A DNA stretch of 64,000 nt from Lepidodermella squamata (Eukaryota; Animalia; Gastrotricha): contig JBLDXI010000003.1 of the NCBI GenBank assembly GCA_047495785.1, positions 3,038,001 through 3,102,000 on the forward strand, in the 5' to 3' direction. Positions 1-10,690 of this stretch are shown here, piece after piece. Position 1 is the first letter of the stretch; every line of letters starts with the position of its first letter. Both the position numbers and the translations under genes were made by a program. Below the pieces are notes generated by a model, which was not told the DNA's origin, made no database searches, and worked only from the letters and a program-made list of their open reading frames with translations.

Positions 1-1584
1 AGATTGATGACCCCGCCGCAAGTTAGGCCCTTCGAAGCGGCATTGATCGTGCAAAAATCACCGCCCCAGCCATTCGGGCAGCGGCATTTGACGCAATTTT
101 TAGGGTCTTGATAGCCGCCGTTTTGACAGGGCTGGGGGAGTCTTGTGCTGCTACAAGCAGACGCTGAAAATACGTGAGAGTCGATGATAAGAAGTTTCAG
201 AGGTTAGAAAATGAACACCCGAAAAAAATCAGAAAATTATAGAGAAAAAAATAACTGATCCGATTTCTTGCGATTTAATTTGCAAATTTAAAATCGCAAT
301 TTACAATTAAAAAATTAAAAAATTAAAAAAAATTAAATGGATTTAATAAAATTAATTAAAGTTAAAAATTGACTGTAATCAATTTAAATTTTTTTTTAAT
401 TTTCCGCATCACTTTCTACCTCGATGTCCATCGTAGAAATTTAGGATTGAGAAAAACGGCTAAAAATACATACCGATGCAGTTGTAGTGGTAATTGATGC
501 GTTTAACGTCATTGAATGATAGATAATTCCGATTGCCCAAAGACGTGAGAAATTTGACATCAAGAGGTTCGATGACGCGCTTCTTGCCCCAATAATCGAT
601 CGAGAAGCCGAGCGAATCGTAGTGCATGATTGACTCGAAATCGTACGGCGCGCCGTAGTTGTTCAACTCAGAGGCAGAAACTTTCGCGAAATTCGATTCA
701 TATCCACTAAAATTTATTTGATTTTTACCTGGCTCTAATAAACAAATTAGACTTACGCCATGCAGTTCGCAAGATTCACCCTGATCGCGCTGTCCCGATC
801 GTTGCGCATTTGTTCGTGGTACATACCCAAGGCATGGCCAACTTCGTGAGCAGCAATACCAGCCTATTTTCGATAAATAATTCAAAAATAAAAACGTATA
901 AAAATAAAAACTTACCACAACGCAACCACTTCCAAGAGATATCGTCTGCGTTCTCGAAGAAATTGTTCCTGATTTTTTGAAAATTTAGAATAAAATAAAT
1001 TCGATATCCATTAAAATCGCTAACCGATATATGACCAACATCCGGAGCCTTTATTGAAAGTTATGGAGGGTGTGTTGGCAATGTCGCTAGGTCGGCTGAA
1101 TTCTTGGAACGAAACGCAAGTTGACGAAGACCACATATCGAGGCCTCGGCGGATAATAGCTTTCTCAGCATCACCTGTAATAAATAATATCATAATTAAA
1201 ATAAATTAAATGAATTAAAATTAAAATACTGTGAGTTCCATCGAAAGCGTATTTAATAGGGAAAGGCCATTTTCCGGAAGTAGTTGAAACTCGTTTAGCG
1301 ATTCCGTTCTGAACGCCCATTTCCTCTTCAATTGTTTGCAGGATCATTTTCGCTTGGTCGACAGTGAGTCGCATATCGTCCTCGAACAGGTACTCAGGCG
1401 GCGTATTAACGGGGCCGACTGGGTCGAGAAACGGCCTGGTTATATTATGCTTCTGGAGCATCAGCTGCGAAACCTGGCGCATGATCATCAACGCGTTTAT
1501 TGAGTCTTCAAAGGGCAAATCGCCAACAACTGCAGCAAAAGCCGCATTGCTTGAAAAAGCGAGAAAAATAACCGCCAACAGCAT
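1..1584 (-). CDS. Astacin-family (M12A) zinc metalloprotease with signal peptide, pro-domain, EGF and start of CUB domain; multi-exon, 3' part runs off the window
   Basis: Spliced translation gives [17 protein letters not shown], pro-region [16 protein letters not shown], zinc motif [11 protein letters not shown] (starts 848), Met-turn SIMHY, then [26 protein letters not shown] (EGF) and TCGGVI (CUB start). GT-AG introns keep the frame. Confidence 0.95.
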
Positions 1585-2454
1585 TAAAAAGTAGGGTGAG
1601 ACCAAGTGAGTGTCTCAATTTGCTTGGACAGCTTTTTAAAGCGCAAAAAGGACGCTGCGCGAGAATTTATTACGAGTGCGCGCAGACAAAGGCGCGGCAG
1701 TGCGCGCGCGTGAGCGCTTGATCGCGCATTTTGATAATAACTTCAACAAAAGAGTGAGAAACTTGCCAGCGGCATGAAATTATTCAACGTATTTCCCGGT
1801 GATTACCGCTCGTTCTATCTTCGTGTCGCATCTTTCAGGTTAAACTGCAATTTCGACTCTAATTTTCAAACAAATATAAATGAAAAGGGTGTTTGCGACA
1901 TTTCAGCCCACGACAAATCAGCCAGGTTCTGATTTAATGATAGCGGCTATTATCGGTTACCGTATTTGCTCCTATTGCAGCACGGGCTGCTAAAACTTCA
2001 ACCTCGAAATTATCAAAAATTTAAAAATTAATTTGTGGTGAATCACTCATGTTTTTCGCGTTTTCGGACCGATTGTCCCCTCAAGCCTGGGCTACTATCA
2101 CAGCACCCCATGAGTTGCGCAACCATTTGGAATTTTAGAAAAAAAAGTTATGATTTTTAAATAATTTTTTTTAAATTAAGCCCACCGGGGGAATTTTCCA
2201 TCATTTATCCACGATTTTACCGAAAGAAGTTGAAAATTTACCGAGAAAACCCCGAAAACCCATATGGTAACTGGTTCGGTAATATTCGGTTTTTACCTGG
2301 TTGGATGAAATTAAATCGGATTTTTTAATGCTATCCACTAGAAACATACTTGACTACTATTATTATGGCGTATTAGATTTTTCTAAGATTTTTCTTGGCA
2401 CGAGATATGACTTCTCCTCTCATTTTAGAGTTTCTGACCGCTTTTCCGTGTATA

Positions 2455-2675
2455 CAGGGACCGGCAGAAGTTATTCTACAGACGCATTTGTTATAATCGT
2501 TATTGTCATCATTAGGAGTCATGTGACCGTCAATTTCTTCAACTTCTTCAATTTCATGCCGAAATTTCGCGTATGGGATTGAAGAAGTTGAAGAAATTGA
2601 CGGTCACATGACTCCTAATGATGACAATAACGATTAAAACAAATGCGTCTGTAGAATAACTTCTGCCGGTCCCTG
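2455..2675. mobile_element. Tc1/mariner-type MITE (near-perfect hairpin)
   Basis: ~97-bp inverted arms CAGGGACCGGCAGAAG.../...CTTCTGCCGGTCCCTG with a short spacer, flanked by TA on both sides. Confidence 0.85.
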
Positions 2676-3034
2676 TATTTCCTTTGTTTGCTTTACTTAT
2701 GGGACACGCTTTAGAGATAGGCGATTAAGGATCTAAACAATTGCGCCACCGATATTCCAGCCCTTGATTCAAACATTTCAGCACTCGAGAAATTTTACTT
2801 TTGCATGACAGCCGATATTTTGCATGAAAATTACCAACAACTCAACGCTTTTGGGTTTGAAACGCGCTTGTTCAATTTTATTGATAAATTTCATTTCGGA
2901 TAAAATACGACGTTAAACATGTTCATTGGAAATAAAATTTGAAAACAGAAATGCATGCGATAATAATAAAGATCATTATGAAATATTTAAAATTCGATGA
3001 CTTCGTCGATAAAATAATGAGATAAAAAACGAAA

Positions 3035-4981
3035 CTACGGCGTTAGCGTCGTTGTCGTCGATGTGGTCGCCGTCGTAGTAGTCGATGTGGTCGCCGTCGT
3101 TGTTGTCGATGTGGCCGCCGTCGTAGTAGTCGCGACATCAACCTGCGATTCGCATTCCTTCTTGCCCGCTTGTAGCAGCAGCTGTTTGATCAATTTCCGG
3201 TCAACCTTCGCCCTGATGGTCAAGCTGAGCGGAATAACGCTCAAATCACTGTCAGCATCAGCACGAGACACCGATGAATCACGGCGGCATTTGACCGGCT
3301 TGCGAGTTCGGAAAATGTGGCTTCGATCTTTCGGTTCATGTTTCGGCTTGTGAGTCGACGAGGCAACGGTCGTTTTGCCACCGCTATGACGAGGCTTATG
3401 GGTCTTCTTAACCCAGCCTTCAGGCTTGGCCCGGGTGACAGCATCGGAATCGCCGCTTGATAGTGCTTTTGGACGCTTCGATGATTTTCTGGTCGGATGA
3501 CTGGGCTGGGCGGTCACCTCACGCGGGCAGGTTGTTGTGACCTGATCGCTATCCGGCTTCGTCGGCTCCGCTTCGACCGGGGTCGTTCGCCTTCTGCTTG
3601 GACGCCTCGTGGTCGCGTGCTCACTTTCGACAGGTGCCGGAGTCGTTCGCTTTTTCCATTTCCTCGTCGTCGCCGGCTCGCTTTCGTGGGTCGGGACATG
3701 CTTCGTGGTCAGTTCCGGTTCAGGTAACACGACAGGAGTGGTCCGTTTCTTTGACCTTCTCGTCGGCTCAGCTTCGTGAGTAGGGCCATTTTTCTTAGTT
3801 GGTTCAGCCTTCGGAGTGGTCGCTTCAGGAATCTTCGGCGTTGTAGCAGCTTGAGTCGGTTCCGGTTCAGGAGGCACGTAAGGAGTGGTGCGTTTCTTCG
3901 ATCTCCTAGTCGTAACTGGCTCACTTTCGTGGGTCGGGACATGTTTCTTGGTCGTTTCCACGCACGCTGTGGTCGGTTCCGGCTCAGCTGGAACGTATGG
4001 CGTGGTCCGTTTCTTCGACCTTCTCGTCGTAACTGGTTCGCTTTCGGTCGTTTCAGGTTTGCTAGACACTTCAGGAACCTTTGGCGTAGTAGCAGCTTGA
4101 GTCGGTTCCGGTTCAAGTGGCACGTAAGGTGTGGTTCGTCTTTTCGATTTTCTCGCCGTAACCTGCTCAGTCTCATGGTTCGGATCATTTTGTAATATCG
4201 GTTCCGCCTTCGGTTCCGGTGTCCCTTCAGGAATCTTCGGTGTAGAAGCGGCTTGGGTCGGTTCCGGTTCAGCTGGCTCGTATGGCGTGGTGCGTTTCTT
4301 CGACCTCTTCGTATCAGTCTCAACCTCCGCAGCTGGGGTGGTAGGATCGGCAATGCATTTCGGCGGTTCCGGCCAAGTTCCGGTCGTAGTGTCGCATATG
4401 ATTACAGGGTCTTCGCTATCTGGGTGGAAACCCGGGTCGCATGAGTACGTTACTTTGTCGAACCAGTTGAAGCGGGTGGTGGTGAACGATCGAGTGGCCG
4501 CGTGACCGTTTTCGATATGGGGCGGCTCGCCGCATGATGCTCGGATTACTTTAGCAAAATCTAAATGGGGAATATATTGAAATAATAAATAAAATAATCG
4601 AATTGATTCATTCGTTTCCAGCACTTACGTAATTTACCTTAATCCAAAATATTATTGAAAAATCATTCAAAAAATTTATCAACTCAAAACTCAAATAAAA
4701 TAATACAATTTTAATAACAAATTTTTTAATTAAATATAAAAACTATTAATTATTAATTATTTTGAAAAAATTGGCAACAGTTTGTGTCCGGAAAACTGCG
4801 GTAATTGAAATGTATAAAAAATCGAAATCAAAATCAAACCTTTCGGATGAGGCAGTTTTTCGGGATCTTCGCCAGCTTTTACTTCAAGAAACGAAAATGT
4901 TTTAAAGGTACTTGAATTTTTTTTGTAATTTTGCCTACCTGCAGCTAAAATTGACACCAGAATGACAATGAGCCGGACCAT
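3035..4981 (-). CDS. Secreted single-Sushi protein with long Pro/Thr/Glu and basic tandem repeats and a Thr-rich tail
   Basis: Signal exon MVRLIVILVSILAA, short exon 2, then CGEPPHIENG...CDPGF...W...PPKC followed by repeats like RRSKKRTTPYVPxEPEPTQAATTPK; TAG at 3035. Confidence 0.85.
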
Positions 4982-5628
4982 TGTTTCTAGGGGAATCTTG
5001 AATTTGAAACAGATAAAGTGATTCAGAAAACAAATGTGAAATAATAGTGTAAATCGATGTTGAAAATGACTTCTGTTGGCGTCTGTTGCCTTTTGAAAGT
5101 AAGCGCGACCCTGCCAAAATTGCGTAATATTTTCGTCGCGCCGCACGCGCTCTAATACATGGCGCGTGTCGGAATATTTTTGTCTACCTTTTGGACAATT
5201 TTTCTCCGTTCTTGCTGCTGATATTATTCTTCGTAACACAATGGACATACCGGGATTTGTCACTACAGATCGCGTGGTGTTTTCGATTCTTCAACTCAGA
5301 AAAAGGACCATCAGTTGTTGTTGGCAAAATACGATAACTTAAACCTTCCTTAAAAATCGGTGAATTTTCCAGAAGAGATACATACATCAGATCAGTTGAG
5401 GTAAACCTTCCCAAAAAAATAAGTAAAATTCTGAAATCATCATACTCGACCTTGGCGCTATGAAAATTATCCCCACAAGAATAAATCTTAATTCAAACCA
5501 GGCAACTTTTATTTTTGCGATAACATAGACTTTTTACAATTTCAGCAAAGAAATCAAAGCATTTGATAGTCCCAGACCACAATGATAAGATCCGCAAAAT
5601 GATCCACTTGACCAGACTTGTAAAATGG

Positions 5629-5790
5629 CTATCGACACCTAGCTCGATCGCACGGCGGTCTCTGGCAAATTATGGGCATCGAATATCGTCGGTAGGTATT
5701 ATGTTGTTTCGACGATAGCTTTCGCGTCTTGTAGCGAACCGATAGCTCGATAACGTACTCGGCAAATTTCGGAAACCAGGGATTCGACAT
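5629..5790 (-). CDS. Uncharacterised 53-aa microprotein, copy 1 (MSNPWFPKFAEYVIELSVRYKTRKLSSKQHNTYRRYSMPIICQRPPCDRARCR)
   Basis: ATG-to-TAG ORF conserved in three copies with many synonymous changes; TATAAAA at 5837-5843; AATAAA about 5508-5513. Confidence 0.75.
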   Translation of the reverse strand: MSNPWFPKFAEYVIELSVRYKTRKLSSKQHNTYRRYSMPIICQRPPCDRARCR

Positions 5791-5836
5791 TGTTAGACAC
5801 GAAAATGCTTGTAGGGTGAAACGATTTTCTCAGGTC

Positions 5837-5843
5837 TTTTATA
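5837..5843 (-). promoter_or_regulatory. TATA box of microprotein copy 1 (equivalents at 8364-8370 and 10737-10743)
   Basis: TATAAAAG on the minus strand, with 46 nt between it and the ATG in all three copies. Confidence 0.7.
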
Positions 5844-7119
5844 TCGTATCCTGATTCTACCTAGATGTTATGTTGCCTATGAACCAGTGACAAAAGACAA
5901 ACGCGCAGACGGTCGATGTCTTTAATTGCAAGTAAATTTAATTTATTTAATCGAATTTAATTGCAGCGAACAGCTTTATGACAGATCGCTCGCTCTTTAG
6001 CTTCGTTTTAGCGCTGTCCTACATTTTTTTAATGACAGGTTCTCATAATCCGTAACAACGGAACGTCCACATAGTACGCGGTATAGTTGATATTCACTGA
6101 AACTTCAACTGGAAAATGGTCAATAGATAACTCAGGATATATTTTTTAGCGCCGTCACTTTTAATGACTGATCGCTTCGTTGCACAAGTTATACGGGCAT
6201 CAGACATTTTCGGACGTTTTCGCAAAAAAGTTGTCTTACGACTATCATTTATGGGGCGAAGTCACTCATGCGCCCGGTGACACAGGTTTGCAGTTCAATT
6301 GCAACCATGCGTCATGTGCGAATTTAATTAAGCTGGACAAGGAAATCTAAATACATGTACCCCTTGTCATTTTGCTGATTTTTTCCGATAGAATTCCCAC
6401 CTGTTACAAATGACACTGCGCTTATATTATGCAATATCGGCATGCGCGGGAAAAAGTGCTATTTCCACAACATGAAAACTTCCCGAGATGAATCATCGAA
6501 AAAACGTATTTTCCAAATTAGATGATTGCTCAATGTGGCTGCAGAAGGGCAATCGGCCCCGCTCTTTCGAATGACGATATCCATTTCTAGTTTTTGCACC
6601 CCGGGTGTGTTGGGCATAGCTTGCATTTTTTGCGAGAAGACATGGTTTGCGGACGGCTCCGGTTCGTCTCTTCGCGGCCGCCGCACTTTTGATGCTCGGA
6701 TTTTCAATTTTATTTTTATTTTATTATTTCAGTGAATCCATTTGCGAAGTTGGAGCTGGCAGCTCAACCTTGAACTGCCAAGGCCGTTTACGAATGGGTC
6801 AAATTTGACACATGAATGGTTATTGCAAAAAATTGTCGCCGCTAAGTTTAACGATGCGATGTATTCATTTTGCTGGGCTAGCATTCATTTTGTGCGTGAA
6901 TTCGGCTTCAAAAATATGAAGGAATGAGTGGGATAATTGGCACCCGTGTGCTAGACTAAGAACGAATAACTCTACACTTCGCTATTTTCTACCTGTTTAT
7001 GATTGATTTCGCTGGCAGTTCAATCCCGCTGGTTCACGCCGAAAACCAAATTTAGGGGAACCAAATTTCAAATCTTGGCACCAAACGCAAGCGTCTGAAA
7101 TTATGTTAACGCTGCCGGA

Positions 7120-7600
7120 TACCGACAATGCTCACACGCATATGGAAGCCTTGAAAACCCGTTTCCAAAACCGTTCTACGGCGAATCGACTGCTATTGCG
7201 TAATCAACTGCTAACAACGAAATGCCGAGAGGCCTAGGTATCCACATTCAAAATTGAAAGACGATTAGGGATCGGCTGAATGCTATCGAGTCGCATGTCG
7301 ATGAGAGCGACATGATCGTGGCTGTGTTGAATAGCCTACCCGCGAGTTTCAACACACTAATTCAGTCTATTCAAATGGTCAAGAATGTGACATTGGATGA
7401 CGTGGAAGCGGCGCTGGCGTCGACGACTGACGTTGAAGCAAGGCAAAGGGCGAGATGTGGCTTTGAAAGTTGGGCGATTCAAGCACTTCAATAAGGGTCC
7501 TAACACAACAATAATCGTTCTGGGAAGATTGGTCCATGTTACAACTGTGGTATGATGGGTCATCTTCAAGATAGTCGCCGAAAACCAAGGAAACAAAGAT
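7120..7600 (+). mobile_element. Degenerate Ty1/copia gag remnant (UBN2/Retrotran_gag_2-like plus decayed zinc knuckle)
   Basis: EALKTRFQNRSTANRLLLRNQLLTTK, IRDRLNAIESHVDESDMIVAVLNSLPASFNTLI, GPCYNCGMMGH; interrupted by stops and frameshifts; no pol found. Confidence 0.8.
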
Positions 7601-7842
7601 CGTCCGATCCACCAAAAAGTACAAGTAAACCAAAGGCGAAGAAAGAAGTTCAAGATCGAAGACTGAACCTTAATAAAATTCCTTTGTGCGAAACTTGCAA
7701 TTTTATCACCTTGGCGCGTTAGTGCGGGTGCAACGAATCAACTCGCCACACCCTATACAAAGGTTGAGGAATTTGTCACTAAAGATCGCGTAGTCATCAA
7801 CCAGCAAACTGAATCATTGAAGCGATTCTTTAATCGCAGAAT

Positions 7843-8995
7843 AAAGGACCATTAGTTGCTGTTGGCAAAAAACGATACCTTAAAAGTCGGTGACCTTTCC
7901 AGGTGAGATGTGAGATACATACCAAGTTGAGGTAAACTTTGCCAAAACATACATAAAAATAAGCAAATTCCGAAATAATCAGACTCGGCCTTGGCACTAT
8001 GGAAATTATCCCACAAGAATAAAACGCGACATCATAGTTCAAACCAGGCAAATTTTATTTTGCGATAAATAACTTTTTCGGTTTAAATAAAAGTATTTCA
8101 TAGTTCCAGACCACAATAATAAGATCCGTGCTTGACCAGATTTGTAAAATGGCTATCGACACCTAGCTGGATTGATCGGCGGTCTCTGGCAAATTATGGG
8201 CATTGAATACCGCCGGTAGATATTATTATGATGTTTCGACGACAGCTTGCGAGTCTTGTAGCGGACTGAAAGCTCGATAACGTACTCGGCAAATTTCGGA
8301 AACCAGGAATTCGACATGTTTAGAGGCGAAAATGACTGTTGAATGAAACGATTTTCACAGGTCTTTTATATCGTTTGTCAGGGATGTCCGGGATGTCCGG
8401 ATTCTGCCTAGATCTTATATCGCCATTAAACTAGTGACAAGAGACGCAGACGTTCGATGTAGAATTTAATTGCATCGCTCAGCTTCATGACAGATCGCTC
8501 TCTTTTTTGCTTTAGGGCGGAAACATACATTTTTTCAATGACAGGTCTTATGAGTTATGCATATAAGTAAAAACGAGAACGTGTACAATGACGCAGGTGT
8601 CGATATTTTCCGACAAATGAAGGGGTATGAGTGGTCAATTTTCTGAGAAATAGACCATTAACCGTAAAACCCCTTTTGCGACTCATTTACTAATTCAATG
8701 AGTTTTCTGCTGTCAATTGTGAGTGACTGATCGCACCATTGCACAAGTTGCCTGCATCAGACATTTTCTAGCGGACGACCTCAAATAAAGGCTGTCCTAT
8801 ATGACTAAACTATTTTTGCTGATGTCACTCATCACCTGATTCGCCAATGTACACTGTTTTGTATAAATGGTAAACATGCGTCATCTGTGAATTTAAGCAG
8901 GACAAGGAAATCAAGATACCTACGTCTCGAGTGACTTCCCGTCATGTTGTCCAACATTTTCCGATAGAATTTCCAGCCTTAACCAATGACACGGC
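7843..8995. repeat. Copy 2 of the ~1.1-kb direct duplication
   Basis: Colinear with 5300-6420. Confidence 0.85.
8153..8317 (-). CDS. Uncharacterised 54-aa microprotein, copy 2 (MSNSWFPKFAEYVIELSVRYKTRKLSSKHHNNIYRRYSMPIICQRPPINPARCR)
   Basis: Intact ORF; differs from copy 1 by synonymous changes (CTA/CTT, TCG/TCA, GTT/GTC, ACG/ACT, CGA/CGC) and one in-frame codon indel. Confidence 0.75.
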   Translation of the reverse strand: MSNSWFPKFAEYVIELSVRYKTRKLSSKHHNNIYRRYSMPIICQRPPINPARCR

Positions 8996-9394
8996 GCTTC
9001 TATGAAACACCCTACGTAGGACAATGGTGTCGGATAACTTTGATATATGCGGGGGATTTTTAGGTATTCATCTGAAATCTAAGGGGGAATCAACATCCCA
9101 CGGTTTATTCAAGCTGACTTTCCGGTGTTAAATATGGACAATTATGGGCAGAAAATAAACTTGAGAGCAAAATTTATATCTGAACTTTTGCTAGTAAATA
9201 AATTCTAGTGATATCTGGTTTATCGATTCCGTTAATTTTACCGATAATCGATCGATGTGGTTTTGACTCTTTTAAGGAAATCTACGTCAGCTGGAATTTA
9301 ATGCTGAACTATTAGTGACAAGAATTATTGTGCAAAAGCCCTTCTCATCCCTACTGTTCAAATATCGTTCCCAAAAATATAAAATATAGACTCA

Positions 9395-10135
9395 TTATTT
9401 GAGAGCAAAATTTATATCTGAATTTTTGCTAGCAAGTTTTCGAGTTACAGTATCTGAGCAAAATGTTTGGCACACCCATGAAATCGGTGTTTTTGACGTA
9501 TTTAGTCCAATTTTCGATCCCAATCAAAGATTTAATTCAATATTTAGCTCGAGCTCTCTCCGCCGAGTATTTCGATACCAAACATGCATGAAATTCAGTT
9601 GGTGTGAGCTCTTGGGAGATGATTAGCGATAATATGCTATGGCTTGATTTATTGATAAAACCAACCGATTTTTATCGATTTCCGTTAGGGATATCGATTA
9701 TTTTCAACAGACTAATCAACGATTTCACTTGATGCTAATTTTCAATCCTCCGCTTGGCCATGATTATCATTGCTGCAATTAAATATGCTAGAGACCGCAT
9801 AACCATGCCATAAACCATGTCGATATTTGACACAAATCACTTGCGATTCAGGCAATTATCGATAATATATGTCACGAGCTATGGTGGGCACCATAAGAAT
9901 GAACCATCATCTCATACGTCAAAATACTCACCGTAGCTTGCTCGAGCTTAATCTTCGAATAAAGATCTGTATAAGATGTAAATTTGGATTCTTTGGATTA
10001 ATACAATGAAAATACCGCATTTTAAAGGGTGTGCCAAACATTTTGCTCGAATACTGTATTTCTGGATTATCGATTCACAGTTTTATCGATATAGAATTCA
10101 GCAAAAATTCACATATAAATTTTGCTCTCAAATAA
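9395..10135. mobile_element. Small inverted-repeat element (outer), interrupted by a second MITE
   Basis: TTATTTGAGAGCAAAATTTATATCTGAATTTTTGCT at the left end and its near reverse complement ending 10135; a related uninterrupted left part lies at about 9161-9250. Confidence 0.65.
9448..10056. mobile_element. Tc1-like non-autonomous element (inner)
   Basis: TIRs CAGTATCTGAGCAAAATGTTTGGCACACCC / GGGTGTGCCAAACATTTTGCTCGAATACTG; TA on both flanks. Confidence 0.8.
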
Positions 10136-10516
10136 TTCGCAATCAACAACGGCCTAGATAAGTCTGTTCTGCTCCGCAGAATATTCGATATCACCATGAA
10201 ATTTGCCAATAATCGATCAATCGATAACCGATATCAGCATTAATCGATTTACGCGTCAACAAATTATAAAATTATACAAAATATATCACGATTTTGTTTA
10301 TCAATTTTATTAGCAATTTACAGAACAAAGGTGCATTTCGAATTTGTCAGACTTAGCTTTTGGCTTTATATCATAAGTTTATATAGATGGTTGATAACAT
10401 ACAGAGAAGTTTACACTTTTTACGAATTTTACAAAATTTGAAAGGAGTATTTTTTGTAGTTTCACACGACAATCCGGCAATATTTTACTATTAGGTATAT
10501 TTCACTTTTGAGACAG

Positions 10517-10690
10517 CTAGAGAACTCGGCACCTAGTTCGATCGCACCGCGTTCTCGAGCAAAGAGTAACGGGCATTAAATGCCGCCGGTAGATGTTAGT
10601 ATGGTGTTTTGAGGACAGCGTGCGCGTCTTGAAGCGAACCGAAAGCTCGATAAAGTACTCGGCAAATTTCGGAAACCAAGAATTCGACAT
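10517..10690 (-). CDS. Uncharacterised 57-aa microprotein, copy 3 (MSNSWFPKFAEYFIELSVRFKTRTLSSKHHTNIYRRHLMPVTLCSRTRCDRTRCRVL)
   Basis: Intact ORF; flanks are more diverged, but frame, ATG and TATA spacing are conserved. Confidence 0.75.
   Translation of the reverse strand: MSNSWFPKFAEYFIELSVRFKTRTLSSKHHTNIYRRHLMPVTLCSRTRCDRTRCRVL

Larger units (their letters stand above)
5300..6420. repeat. Copy 1 of a diverged ~1.1-kb direct duplication (microprotein gene with promoter and 3' flank)
   Basis: Colinear with 7843-8995, e.g. aaaggacca..gttggcaaaa, ggacaaggaaatc, ttttccgatagaatt. Confidence 0.85.

Noticed and set aside
2301-2582. 93-aa ORF and similar short intergenic ORFs (6459-6927, 9399-9626, 11007-11479, 20762-21162, 39046-39867, 56004-56405)
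   Set aside because: They overlap MITEs or AT-rich noncoding DNA, mostly use non-ATG starts, and show no motifs or paralog support.
5300-8995. Direct repeats flanking the gag fragment as LTRs of one retrotransposon
   Set aside because: No TG...CA ends, PBS or PPT seen. The repeats contain a conserved ORF with its own TATA, and a third copy lies outside.
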